64,000 nucleotides of DNA, taken from Pseudomonadota bacterium. Its GTDB lineage: Bacteria > Bdellovibrionota_C > UBA2361 > OMII01. This document shows positions 21,669-30,682 of this stretch, piece after piece. The number at the start of each line of letters is the position of its first letter. Within the stretch, counting starts at the first letter, position 1. The translations under genes were made by a program, and so were the position numbers. The stretch spans positions 70,887 through 134,886 of the forward strand of contig JAYPVM010000002.1 in NCBI GenBank assembly GCA_038134595.1, in the 5' to 3' direction. Under the pieces are notes generated by a model. The model searched no databases. It worked only from the letters and a program-made list of their open reading frames with translations, and was not told where the DNA came from.

Positions 21669-22083
21669 GTTCGGCGAAGCTATCTCGGACCGGTCTGGAT
21701 GTATATGTGCCCACGTATCGCCGTGGTGGACATGTTTTTTGAGCGCGCAATTCTTCGTAGCGATTTAACGTAAAACATGAATTTTATATTGAGTTCGCAC
21801 TTGTCGCGCAAAGTATCGGAGTCTTGTTATGACATTCGTCATTTGTTTTGAGCGGATACTCATCTAGAACGTCTCTCGACGTGTGATGTCGTTTCTTTAC
21901 AGCTATCGAGAGCGGTTGCGATCTGACTTGGAGTTCATTTGGTAAGTGTCAGAAGAACTCTGACGTTTTCATTAAATGAAAATCTCTTCGATCGTATCCG
22001 TGCTAGGAAGCACTTCTATTAGAGATAGTTGTTCTAAGTTTGTTCGAGGTCACATCGCATAGGGATATAACAAAGAGGGTGAC

Positions 22084-23430
22084 ATGCTTAGGACAAAATC
22101 GCGCTGTTTTCTCAATGTGCTTCTGGCAACATTAGCACTATGTAGTTTTAGTGGAGAGGTTTTCTCTGAACCGACAACGCTTTATAGAGAGACCTATAAT
22201 TTTTGCACAGGGACGCTCGGTAAAGATGCGGCGAGTGAAGCGAATTGGGTGGGCGTAGTAAGCGGACTTGCTCCAGAAAGAATCAGTAATCTCAAAGTTG
22301 TTCCGTACGGAGTTCAAGATGTCGGAAATTCTGTAAATAGCCTGCCGATAGGATTATCTCAGGGGTACACATTCTGGTTTAAGCCGGTTGAGGGTCTAGC
22401 AGTTTTCACTGGGGAGTTTCAATTTGATGTGGGTGTGCTCCGTGCTGGAGATACTGTTGTTAGATATCTACAGAGACTCAGTGGAGTGAATGCGCAGGGT
22501 GCACCGAATCAGACGCATCTGGCATTTCTCGTTGATGATACATGGTACATCTCCAGTGAATTTGCGCAACAGGCACAACCCGGCTTATGGGAGGGCGTTA
22601 CATTTACTCCGGGGCAGTTAACATATGGCATGGTGCCGTATGTCGCTGACCGTGGGCCGACTATGCCTACAAGCTTTACATCGCCATTGCCGGCTAGTGG
22701 GACAGTGCGGGCGTTTGGAATGTTTTTGCCGAGCGTAAACGGCAGAGTACGATTTGATAATTTTATAATAGAGGGAACCCCTCCAAGTGATGGATCAATT
22801 GGAACGGAGATTCAAGAGCCTAATGTGGCACTGTGTCCCGAAGGCAGTCCGGATAGAGAAGGGGGCTCAGATCCGGAGCCTCCAGGAGATGATGATGGCG
22901 ATGATACGTCCGATCAGGGAGAAACTGATGGTAATGATGGCCATGGTGATGAGACCGGGTTTTCGTTTGAGTTTTGTCCGATAGCGCAGCAAGGTAGAGG
23001 ACGATTCGTTGCTTTAGGTCGAGCGCAAAGGAGCCGATTGCTTCGTAGTATTGGGGATGCGTCGCTCGCAGATCTTCGCGACAGAGCAATAATTCGTTTG
23101 TACTCACGAAGGCGGATGCGGATGGGTTCGTTAGTGAACATCAAGGTTGGAGACTATGACGCCGAGTCGAAGGTTTTAACGCTTGGGATTAAGCCAAATG
23201 CTAAGCCGCAACAGCTACGCTTAGGGCGGCTTATAGCAAAGGCACTCGATGAGTATCTATCCTTTCCAGGGGCTCCGAGTGAAAAACAGGCGCCGTTGTT
23301 TATAAAAGAGGGGATACAGACGGCACACACAGTTTCCGTTGAAGCTCTCTGCAAGCGAGATATTCGGAAAATGTTACGGCAGCGGGCAGAACGTGTCCAA
23401 ATGCGAATTGGTGACATAGCGATTCGCTAA
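22084..23430 (+). CDS. Exported hypothetical protein: signal peptide, beta-rich domain, Asp/Gly/Pro linker, truncated tyrosine-recombinase-like C-terminal domain
   Basis: GAGGG SD; signal peptide; C-terminal LRDRAIIRLY...MRMGSL...IKPNAK...LG...ALDEYL...PLF matches the first half of the XerC/D catalytic domain. Confidence 0.7.
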   Translation: MLRTKSRCFLNVLLATLALCSFSGEVFSEPTTLYRETYNFCTGTLGKDAASEANWVGVVSGLAPERISNLKVVPYGVQDVGNSVNSLPIGLSQGYTFWFKPVEGLAVFTGEFQFDVGVLRAGDTVVRYLQRLSGVNAQGAPNQTHLAFLVDDTWYISSEFAQQAQPGLWEGVTFTPGQLTYGMVPYVADRGPTMPTSFTSPLPASGTVRAFGMFLPSVNGRVRFDNFIIEGTPPSDGSIGTEIQEPNVALCPEGSPDREGGSDPEPPGDDDGDDTSDQGETDGNDGHGDETGFSFEFCPIAQQGRGRFVALGRAQRSRLLRSIGDASLADLRDRAIIRLYSRRRMRMGSLVNIKVGDYDAESKVLTLGIKPNAKPQQLRLGRLIAKALDEYLSFPGAPSEKQAPLFIKEGIQTAHTVSVEALCKRDIRKMLRQRAERVQMRIGDIAIR

Positions 23431-23478
23431 AACCGGCTTTGTTCTGCGAGTTTTACACTCGTCCATTTTTACAGTCGT

Positions 23479-23516
23479 AGAGACCGTCTCTGGTAATCTC
23501 AGGGCGGTCTCTTTTT
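23479..23516 (+). terminator. Putative intrinsic terminator
   Basis: AGAGACCGTC...GGCGGTCTCT stem followed by a T tract. Confidence 0.75.
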
Positions 23517-23696
23517 GTTTATTCAACTAGGTTTAGAATCGTCCTTTCGTTAGAGCGTTGAAACCGATAGGCTAATTTTGTGTATGTCCAATCGTGACTA
23601 TTGATTGTGCTCGTTTCTGCCACCGGAGACGAGACCTAGAGAGATAAGTCCTCTAGGGGGATATGAGCATTATTTTATGAGTAACGTTTTTCAGAT

Positions 23697-25529
23697 ATGA
23701 AGTATGCAAACGTCATAGTTGCAGGTGGTGCCGCGCTTGGCATCGTTTGTTATGCGATCTTGTTACTTATGGGCCCTCATGCGCAAGAGTGGCTGAATTA
23801 TCCGGTAGTTTTAGTGGTGCTTGCTGGAGGCGGATATCTTGTCTTCGGTCTCGTCCGAGGAGTCTTTCGGGGAGAATTCGGATCAGACCTTTTGGCGGGG
23901 CTATCTATCGTCACATCGGTATTGTTGGGAGAGTATCTTGCCGGTGCAATCGTTGTCCTCATGTTATCCGGTGGAGAAGCCCTCGAAGATTATGCGATGC
24001 GGCGTGCCTCCTCGGTGCTTGATGCCTTAGCCAAGCGAATGCCTCTGATTGCTCACAAGAGGCAGGGATTAAATACGATTGATATTCCTGTTATTGACGT
24101 GCAAGCCGGAGATGAAGTTGTGGTATTACCTCATGAGTACTCTCCTGTTGATGGAGTTGTGCTCGAGGGACACGGTTCAATGGACGAGTCTTACTTGACC
24201 GGTGAGCCGTACCGAATTTCGAAGACGCCAGGATGTGAGGTTATCTCCGGTGCGATTAATGGAGATAATCCCCTTGTGATTCGTGCCTTGCGACCGGCGA
24301 ACGATTCACGCTATCACAAAATTATGAAAGTTATGGACGTATCAAGACAGAGGCGTCCATACATGCGGCGGATGGCAGATTCATTGGGTTTACTATACAC
24401 CCCCATTGCCGTGTTGTTTGCGGTTACGGCGTATCTACTTTCGGGTGATCCGGTGCGATTTTTAGCGGTTTTAGTCGTCGCCACACCCTGTCCGCTTATT
24501 ATCGCAATCCCTGTTGCCATTATCGGCGCTATTTCCTGGTGTGCGAAGAGAGGGATTATCATTAAAGATCCCGTGTCGCTTGAGCGAGCGCACATCTGCA
24601 ATACGCTCATAACAGATAAAACCGGTACTCTGACTGTGGGCGAACCCACGTTGGTGTCTGTTGTGACCCAAGGAGTATCGGAGGCAGAGGCCTTACAGTT
24701 TGCTGCAAGCCTTGAGAGGTATTCCAAACATCCATTGGCTCAACCGGTGCTCGAGTATGCAAGAGAGCGAGGAATCGTATTGTCTGAAGTGGAAGGATTT
24801 AGCGAGGTTCCTGGTTTTGGAGTGAGGGGAGTCGTGCGGGGTTCTCAAGTGGCTATAACAGGAAGGCGGGGCATTGTAGACACTGCCCTCGAGCACTTCG
24901 GGAGCTCTCGTGCGGGGTTAGAATGCGTCGTTCAGCAAGATGGTATTCCAGTAGCATTGTTTCGATTTCTAGATGAGGAGCGGGAGGAGAGTCATAGTTT
25001 CGTTTCTCACCTTGGCCCGAAGCATAATTTTCACGATGTGATTCTTCTCTCTGGTGACCGAGATGTAGAGGTGCGATACCTCGCAGATAAGATGGGTATA
25101 GTCGAGGTTTATAGTGGAAAGACCCCCGAGGAGAAAGTTGCTATCGTTGAAGAAAAAACCCGTGAAAGTAATACGTTGTTTCTGGGAGACGGTATCAATG
25201 ATGCCCCAGCTCTGGCTATGGCAACTGTTGGAGTTGCGTTTGGCCCTAGAAGTGACATTACCTCCGAGGCGGCAGGGGCGGTTATTTTAGAGCCATCGTT
25301 GCGTAAAGTTGATCAGTTCCTTCACATAAGCCGACATTTAAGAAAAGTGGCGTTGCAAAGCGCTTTTGGCGGGATGCTTTTAAGTATTGCCGCGATGGTT
25401 GTAGCGGGACTGGGATTTTTACCTCCGGTGTACGGCGCGTTGACACAAGAAGCGATAGATTTGTTTGCAGTTCTTAATGCACTTAGAGCTTCCTCTCTTC
25501 GAAGCCGTGATAGTGTTGATATGCTGTGA
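23697..25529 (+). CDS. Heavy-metal P1B-type ATPase (P1B-5-like, PCP motif)
   Basis: LTGE, ATPCPL, DKTGT, HP, GDGINDAP; QSAFGGMLLSIAAM and P...QEAIDLFAVLN in the last TM helices. Confidence 0.9.
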   Translation: MKYANVIVAGGAALGIVCYAILLLMGPHAQEWLNYPVVLVVLAGGGYLVFGLVRGVFRGEFGSDLLAGLSIVTSVLLGEYLAGAIVVLMLSGGEALEDYAMRRASSVLDALAKRMPLIAHKRQGLNTIDIPVIDVQAGDEVVVLPHEYSPVDGVVLEGHGSMDESYLTGEPYRISKTPGCEVISGAINGDNPLVIRALRPANDSRYHKIMKVMDVSRQRRPYMRRMADSLGLLYTPIAVLFAVTAYLLSGDPVRFLAVLVVATPCPLIIAIPVAIIGAISWCAKRGIIIKDPVSLERAHICNTLITDKTGTLTVGEPTLVSVVTQGVSEAEALQFAASLERYSKHPLAQPVLEYARERGIVLSEVEGFSEVPGFGVRGVVRGSQVAITGRRGIVDTALEHFGSSRAGLECVVQQDGIPVALFRFLDEEREESHSFVSHLGPKHNFHDVILLSGDRDVEVRYLADKMGIVEVYSGKTPEEKVAIVEEKTRESNTLFLGDGINDAPALAMATVGVAFGPRSDITSEAAGAVILEPSLRKVDQFLHISRHLRKVALQSAFGGMLLSIAAMVVAGLGFLPPVYGALTQEAIDLFAVLNALRASSLRSRDSVDML

Positions 25530-25556
25530 GGTTGTATCATAACCAAACATTTCGGT

Positions 25557-25584
25557 AATTTCCTGTCAGAAATTTCCTGTCAGA
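25557..25584 (+). repeat. Perfect 14-bp tandem duplication AATTTCCTGTCAGA x2
   Basis: Read directly; intergenic, upstream of the gene at 25712. Confidence 0.9.
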
Positions 25585-25711
25585 GGTTTTGGCGGGTAGT
25601 TCTGGCACTTTCCACCAATTGGCGATACTATTTGGCTTGATTCACATCGTAAAAGGTGAAAGTGTATCGAGCACACGGTTAATCAGATCATCTCGGGGAT
25701 GGAGGTAACTA

Positions 25712-27088
25712 ATGAGAAATATTGCGTCATTTGTCATGTTTGTGTTCCTGGTATTTTGTACTGAAGCGTATGCGGTTCCTTCCGATTTCGACGCTGATGG
25801 AATATCTGACCATGTCTATGTCGAGATAGAGAACGACGACTCTCTTACCTGGAAGGCGGTTTTGTCGGATAGCGGAAGTACTTCTACCCTTGGTTCTCTA
25901 GGAGTAGAGGGCAATGAGCTCGCAATGGCGCAGTGGTTAGGCACTGGGACTCAAATAGGAGTTGTGTCAGAAGAAACAGATGGCGATGGACTTGTTTGGT
26001 CGATTTTAAATGATTCAGATGTGCAAGTCGATAAGGTCTTCGGTAAAAAAGGTGATTTGGCGGTAGCCGGAGCTGACTTTAATGGAAATGGCATCGCTGA
26101 TGCAGCTGTCGTTCGACTGGTTAATGGTAGGGCTCGATGGGAGATTGCACTTGATCTCTTTAATGAGTCCGAGCCGCAGACGATCAGTGTTCGCTTTGGA
26201 AAAACGGGTGATCGAGCTTTTTTTGCGAGGGCTGATGAGAGTGGATTAGATTCAATCGCCATCATGCGAGCTACTCGCAACGGTGCTCGCTCGGTAGCAA
26301 GGCTTAAGAATTTAATGAGTGGAGAGGTCCAGAGGGTTACTCGGATGCCTCGATACGCAAGCCAGGGTTCTCGACCACGAGCTTTTCCGGTTCAACAAGT
26401 GTCAGGAGCCGACCTCTTGGCTTTCCAACGTAATCGTGGAAGTACCGCTCGCATAATAGTTTTCTCACAAGATGGAACGAGGGTAAAGCGCGATGTTATT
26501 TCGGGCGCCGATGCTATTTCGGTCGTCGGCGAATTTAATCAAACCTCTCCTGGGCTTGAGATTGGGGTACAGGGTAGTACGCAAAGTGTTATCATTAGCC
26601 CTACCACCAATGAAACGATTACCGATGCCTTCGCTGGTGGAGTTGCCGTTGATGAAATCAACCTGAACGTGGTGGGTGATTCCTCTAGTGGCGATGCTCC
26701 ATCGGAGTGCTCGACGATTACGGCTTGGCCTAGTACGCATATCTATAAGACCGTCGGTTCAACTCACTTTAGTCCGGGAGATGTTCGACGTAACACAGTA
26801 GGGCTCATTCTTATGCCGGGAACTAGGGGGCCATTTCCATCTTGTATTGACGCAGTTGATACAGCGGGCTCTGTTGTTGCTAAGTTGGGGCTCTATCAGC
26901 GAGGCAATGGATGGGCGGCTCGGTATTATGCTGGTATCGGTTGTGGAACGAGTACGGCCTATAACGGTAAGAAGGTTGCAACTCGGGCTCAAGCAAATAC
27001 TGGAAGTAAGAACATCTACATTAAATTTGGAACGGCATGTTATGGGCCGATAGATGCATCGCAGTGTCAAGGTAGTTCCCAGTGCTAG
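25712..27088 (+). CDS. Secreted protein with FG-GAP/VCBS-like Ca-binding repeats and a Cys-rich C-terminal domain
   Basis: GGAGG SD; signal peptide AYA|V; DFDADGISD, ADFNGNGIADAAV, GEFNQ; six Cys in the last ~126 aa. Confidence 0.7.
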   Translation: MRNIASFVMFVFLVFCTEAYAVPSDFDADGISDHVYVEIENDDSLTWKAVLSDSGSTSTLGSLGVEGNELAMAQWLGTGTQIGVVSEETDGDGLVWSILNDSDVQVDKVFGKKGDLAVAGADFNGNGIADAAVVRLVNGRARWEIALDLFNESEPQTISVRFGKTGDRAFFARADESGLDSIAIMRATRNGARSVARLKNLMSGEVQRVTRMPRYASQGSRPRAFPVQQVSGADLLAFQRNRGSTARIIVFSQDGTRVKRDVISGADAISVVGEFNQTSPGLEIGVQGSTQSVIISPTTNETITDAFAGGVAVDEINLNVVGDSSSGDAPSECSTITAWPSTHIYKTVGSTHFSPGDVRRNTVGLILMPGTRGPFPSCIDAVDTAGSVVAKLGLYQRGNGWAARYYAGIGCGTSTAYNGKKVATRAQANTGSKNIYIKFGTACYGPIDASQCQGSSQC

Positions 27089-27165
27089 TAGCCATTACTA
27101 GTAGGGGATTCTGGGAGTGACAGAAAAAGCACTCTAGAATCTCAATGTTTCGGCTCTTTATATCG

Positions 27166-27196
27166 ACCCCTTCTCTAGCCAGAGAAGGGGTTTTTT
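27166..27196 (+). terminator. Intrinsic terminator after the 25712 gene
   Basis: ACCCCTTCTCT-AGCC-AGAGAAGGGGT perfect stem plus T tract. Confidence 0.8.
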
Positions 27197-27544
27197 ATGT
27201 CAGGATGTTATCGTTGTGGTTTGGCAGAGGGAAGTGAGGCGCGTCTTTGTGAGACCTGTTATCAAAATGCCTTTCATTGTTCGCCCGTAAGCTGCCAAGA
27301 GGATCCTGAACCAACTCCGGTAGTAGAGTTGAGCGCTGGCTGTCAGAGGGCGTTGTTAGCTTGCGGAGCTGTGGTATATCTTGCCGTATTGGGAGTTGGA
27401 GTGTCGACGAGGCAGGCAGTCTTAGCTGAACAAAACCTGCGAGCGGCTCGAAGTACTTATATTACAACTGGTGCACAGTCTCCGGTTAAGCACTACCATT
27501 ACTATGATTCACTGACGTTTGTCTCTGAGGATGCAATAGGGTAG
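27197..27544 (+). CDS. Hypothetical small membrane protein with two N-terminal CxxC motifs
   Basis: CYRC...CETC and one hydrophobic segment; fills the gap between genes, but its start abuts a terminator. Confidence 0.5.
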   Translation: MSGCYRCGLAEGSEARLCETCYQNAFHCSPVSCQEDPEPTPVVELSAGCQRALLACGAVVYLAVLGVGVSTRQAVLAEQNLRAARSTYITTGAQSPVKHYHYYDSLTFVSEDAIG

Positions 27545-27620
27545 AGGAAGATCTCCCCTGGTAAGCATTATTGCTATGTTGGCTAGTTGATTTGGGTGCT
27601 ACTGTCGTTACAGACTTACG

Positions 27621-28763
27621 TCACAGATCGAGAAGAGATCGAGCGATAATCATGCGCTGTATCTGATTCGCTCCCTCTACGATTTGTAGCATCTTTGCAT
27701 CGCGCATCAGGCCTTCTACTCGATATTCTCGCATATAGCCCGCGCCGCCCAGGAGTTGTACGGCATCAGTAGTGATTTTCATCGCAGCATCTGTCGCAAA
27801 ACATTTTGCTGTAGAAGATGTGAGCTTGATAGCCTCTTTGTTCTCCGGTTCAGTTTCGAGTGTGTGAGCTGCCTTGTACGTTAACGCGCGAGATGCTTCC
27901 AGGAGTTGGTGCATATCCGCTATCATGAATTGAAGCCCTTGGTAGTTTGCTAAGGCTTGTCCAAATTGGTTGCGGGTTTTTAGGTGATCAACGGCAAGGG
28001 TTAAGGCTGTTTGCGCTATGCCGTTTGCGCACGCTGCGATGTTGACTCTCCCGCCAGCAAGCCCTGAGAGTGCAACGGTAAAACCATGATTAACTCGCCC
28101 GAGGAGGGCAGTTGAAGGGATTTTAGCGTTGTCGAAATATAACGATGCAATCGGCGATAATTCGGCGCCCATCTTTTTCTCTGGCGCGCCTATTGAAAGA
28201 CCTTCGGTGTCACTTGAAACAAGAAATGCTGATATACCAGATGTGTCTTCGGAAGTGGTCCTAGCAAAGACTATGTAAATGTCGGCAAATCCAGCGCTGG
28301 TTATGTAGCACTTGCTTCCGTTGAGGCTATAGGAGTCTCCCTCAAGAGTTGCGGTGGTGGACAATGAACTTACATCGGATCCCGCCCCCGGTTCTGTCAA
28401 CGCAAACGCCCCTAGCTTCTCTCCTGAAGCGAGGAAGGGGAGAAGGTTTTTCTTTTGTTCTGCAGTTCCGTGGCGGCTTATTAAGCTACACACCATCGCA
28501 TGGACAGATAAAAATATCGCTGGGCCGATATCAAAGGAGGCTATTTCTTCGAAGATTTGAGCGGTGATTGTCGCCGACTGTTCTATCCCGCCGTACTGTT
28601 CCGGGATAGATAGGCCGCCAAGCCCAATAGCACTTAGTGCCTGTAACAGCTCGCTGGGAATAGTATTGTAGTGCGACTCATTTTGATAGGGCGGGATTAT
28701 TTGAGAGCAAACACGCCTGACAGTATCTAAGATGAGTAGGTCGTGTTCGTTTGTATTATCCAT
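27621..28763 (-). CDS. Acyl-CoA dehydrogenase
   Basis: GAFALTEPGAGSD, LNGSKCYIT, GGRVNIAA, RNQFGQ, LLGGAGYMREY, IVEGANQIQR; likely start ATG 28763. Confidence 0.95.
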   Translation of the reverse strand: MDNTNEHDLLILDTVRRVCSQIIPPYQNESHYNTIPSELLQALSAIGLGGLSIPEQYGGIEQSATITAQIFEEIASFDIGPAIFLSVHAMVCSLISRHGTAEQKKNLLPFLASGEKLGAFALTEPGAGSDVSSLSTTATLEGDSYSLNGSKCYITSAGFADIYIVFARTTSEDTSGISAFLVSSDTEGLSIGAPEKKMGAELSPIASLYFDNAKIPSTALLGRVNHGFTVALSGLAGGRVNIAACANGIAQTALTLAVDHLKTRNQFGQALANYQGLQFMIADMHQLLEASRALTYKAAHTLETEPENKEAIKLTSSTAKCFATDAAMKITTDAVQLLGGAGYMREYRVEGLMRDAKMLQIVEGANQIQRMIIARSLLDL

Positions 28764-28782
28764 GGCATATCTTGATCTCGAC

Positions 28783-29334
28783 TCACCTTTTATTGTAGTC
28801 AACATCCCTGCCGGAGGGAAGTACAACAATTCCTTGTTTCGGATGCTTTGGACTTAATTGCTCTATCATTTCCTGACTCGCCTCGCTCACAGCTCCGGCG
28901 TAGTGAATAATTGTAGAAGAGAGTTCTTCAAATGCTTCGAGGTATTGTGATTCCTTTGCCGTAGCACTTTCAGAATTGGGGCTGCCGAATGCAATGAAGG
29001 GGTTTGATCCTCTCGTTTGACGCAGTTGTCTTTTACGTTTCGTAATGAGTGCGTGAATATCAATCCAAAAACTGAAAGATTCGTGATCTGCAATGCTAAA
29101 TCCTCGACGCCAGAGATATATGTTACGTTCCGTTTCTGCTAAAAACCATAAGGGGGTTGCATGGGCTTGCGCTATTCCCAACCGCTCGCGGGAGGATAAT
29201 TCCTGCTCCACTGACTTAAGAACACCTAATAGGACGCAACCTGCCAGCCCATGAGAGACATTTTTGCGGGGTTGGGTATGCAGGTTTTGCATACTATGGA
29301 GTTGATTTTCGGTGCTGCTAATGGTGTAAGCCAT
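28783..29334 (-). CDS. Hypothetical protein
   Basis: Open frame with GGAGAG SD before ATG 29334; no recognised motif. Confidence 0.5.
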   Translation of the reverse strand: MAYTISSTENQLHSMQNLHTQPRKNVSHGLAGCVLLGVLKSVEQELSSRERLGIAQAHATPLWFLAETERNIYLWRRGFSIADHESFSFWIDIHALITKRKRQLRQTRGSNPFIAFGSPNSESATAKESQYLEAFEELSSTIIHYAGAVSEASQEMIEQLSPKHPKQGIVVLPSGRDVDYNKR

Positions 29335-29521
29335 TGATTTCTCTCCAAAACACCCCAGTCTGTCACTCCCCCACACGTTTTGAGTTCTTTGGAGCAAACT
29401 ACAAGCCAATTAATTGGCATCGGTTGTTTTCGTAACCGACGCTGGTTTGGATATTGATATCGATGTCGGTACCGAGGTGGATTGATGAAATTACTGGTGT
29501 GCAGTACCGTCATATAACGAT

Positions 29522-30682
29522 ATGAGTGCACAAGAAAAATCTCTCCGAATATGTCATGTAGCTGATGTTCACTTGGGATACCGCCGCTACAATAAACTCA
29601 CGAAGGCTGGATTAAATCAGCGTGAGGTCGACGTAAATAGATCATTTCAGGAGGTAATAACACGCATCATTGCTCTAAAGCCTGATGCTGTTGTTATAGC
29701 AGGAGATCTTTTTCATTCGGTGCGCCCTTCAAATAGTGTTGTCACGTTTTGCTTTAGGCAGATAAAGCGTTTAGCCAAAGGAATTGGAGCCCCTGTCGTT
29801 ATAACAGGCGGAAATCACGAAGCTCCCAAGAGAGCTGATACTGGCTCGGCCCTCCAAATATTAAGCGAGATTGATGGCGTCTATGTGGCAGATTTGGAGC
29901 GGCAGGTCTTTCGATTTCGAGAGCGAGATCTGTCGATATGCTGCCTGCCTCATTCAGCGATTCCGGGACTCGAAGACAATACGCCTCGGGCTGATGATAC
30001 ATATGGTTTTAATGTCTTGGTGACTCATGCGCAAATTAATGATGGATGGGTTAGTGATTATGGCGGAGCCAACATTGATATAAAGGCACTTGCTCCCCAT
30101 GAGTGGGATTATATTGCACTCGGTCATGTCCACCGTTACCAAGCAATCGGCCTGCAGGCGGCGTACTCCGGAGCGATTGAGCATACTGCAAATAATATTT
30201 GGAGTGAGGCAAACGATCTCAAGGGTTTTGTCGAAGTTGCGCTACCCAGTGGAAAACGGACTTTCCATTCGCTAACAACCCCTCGAGAGGTGCTGGTACT
30301 TGACGGCATTAATGCAGAAGCCCTTGATGCTGAAGAACTCATGGAGCAGATGGTTCGACAGCTAGACGGTATTGCCGGTGGTATCGACGGAAAAATTGTC
30401 CGACTCTCTATTCGCAACGTGACAAAAGAGATCTACAAAAACCTAGATCATAAACTGATACGGGCGTATCGCTCTCGAGCCTTGAATCTTTCATTAGACA
30501 TCACGTTTGTTTCGCTTGTTGCTAACACTGATAGTTTAGAAAAGCCAGTTCGAGGCTTGATGCGCGATCAGCTCATTGAGTTCGCAATATCCCGTGAGCT
30601 TCCAGGTGTTTCGAAGAACGAACTAAAAGAGATGCTAGGGAAGTATGTCTCCAAAATGGAGGAGGCTTATGAAGCTTCGTAG
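29522..30682 (+). CDS. sbcD: SbcD/Mre11 family DNA repair nuclease
   Basis: Metallophosphoesterase motifs ADVHLG, AGDLFH, GNHE, TH, LGHVH. Confidence 0.92.
   Translation: MSAQEKSLRICHVADVHLGYRRYNKLTKAGLNQREVDVNRSFQEVITRIIALKPDAVVIAGDLFHSVRPSNSVVTFCFRQIKRLAKGIGAPVVITGGNHEAPKRADTGSALQILSEIDGVYVADLERQVFRFRERDLSICCLPHSAIPGLEDNTPRADDTYGFNVLVTHAQINDGWVSDYGGANIDIKALAPHEWDYIALGHVHRYQAIGLQAAYSGAIEHTANNIWSEANDLKGFVEVALPSGKRTFHSLTTPREVLVLDGINAEALDAEELMEQMVRQLDGIAGGIDGKIVRLSIRNVTKEIYKNLDHKLIRAYRSRALNLSLDITFVSLVANTDSLEKPVRGLMRDQLIEFAISRELPGVSKNELKEMLGKYVSKMEEAYEAS

Noticed and set aside
21795..21891. Extra RegA-like sites upstream of the 22084 gene (TTGTCGC half-site; ATGAC-ATTC-GTCAT)
   Set aside because: Only half-sites or wrong spacing relative to GCGRC-N5-GTCGC; too weak to call.
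23005..23430. Active integrase or prophage/ICE boundary
   Set aside because: No HxxR or catalytic Tyr, no core-binding domain, no adjacent tRNA, att repeats or phage genes; kept only as a domain-fusion finding.
25665..25676. TATCGAGCACAC shared with 33689-33700 in two upstream regions
   Set aside because: One shared 12-mer among several kb of intergenic DNA is near chance expectation; flanking spacing differs.
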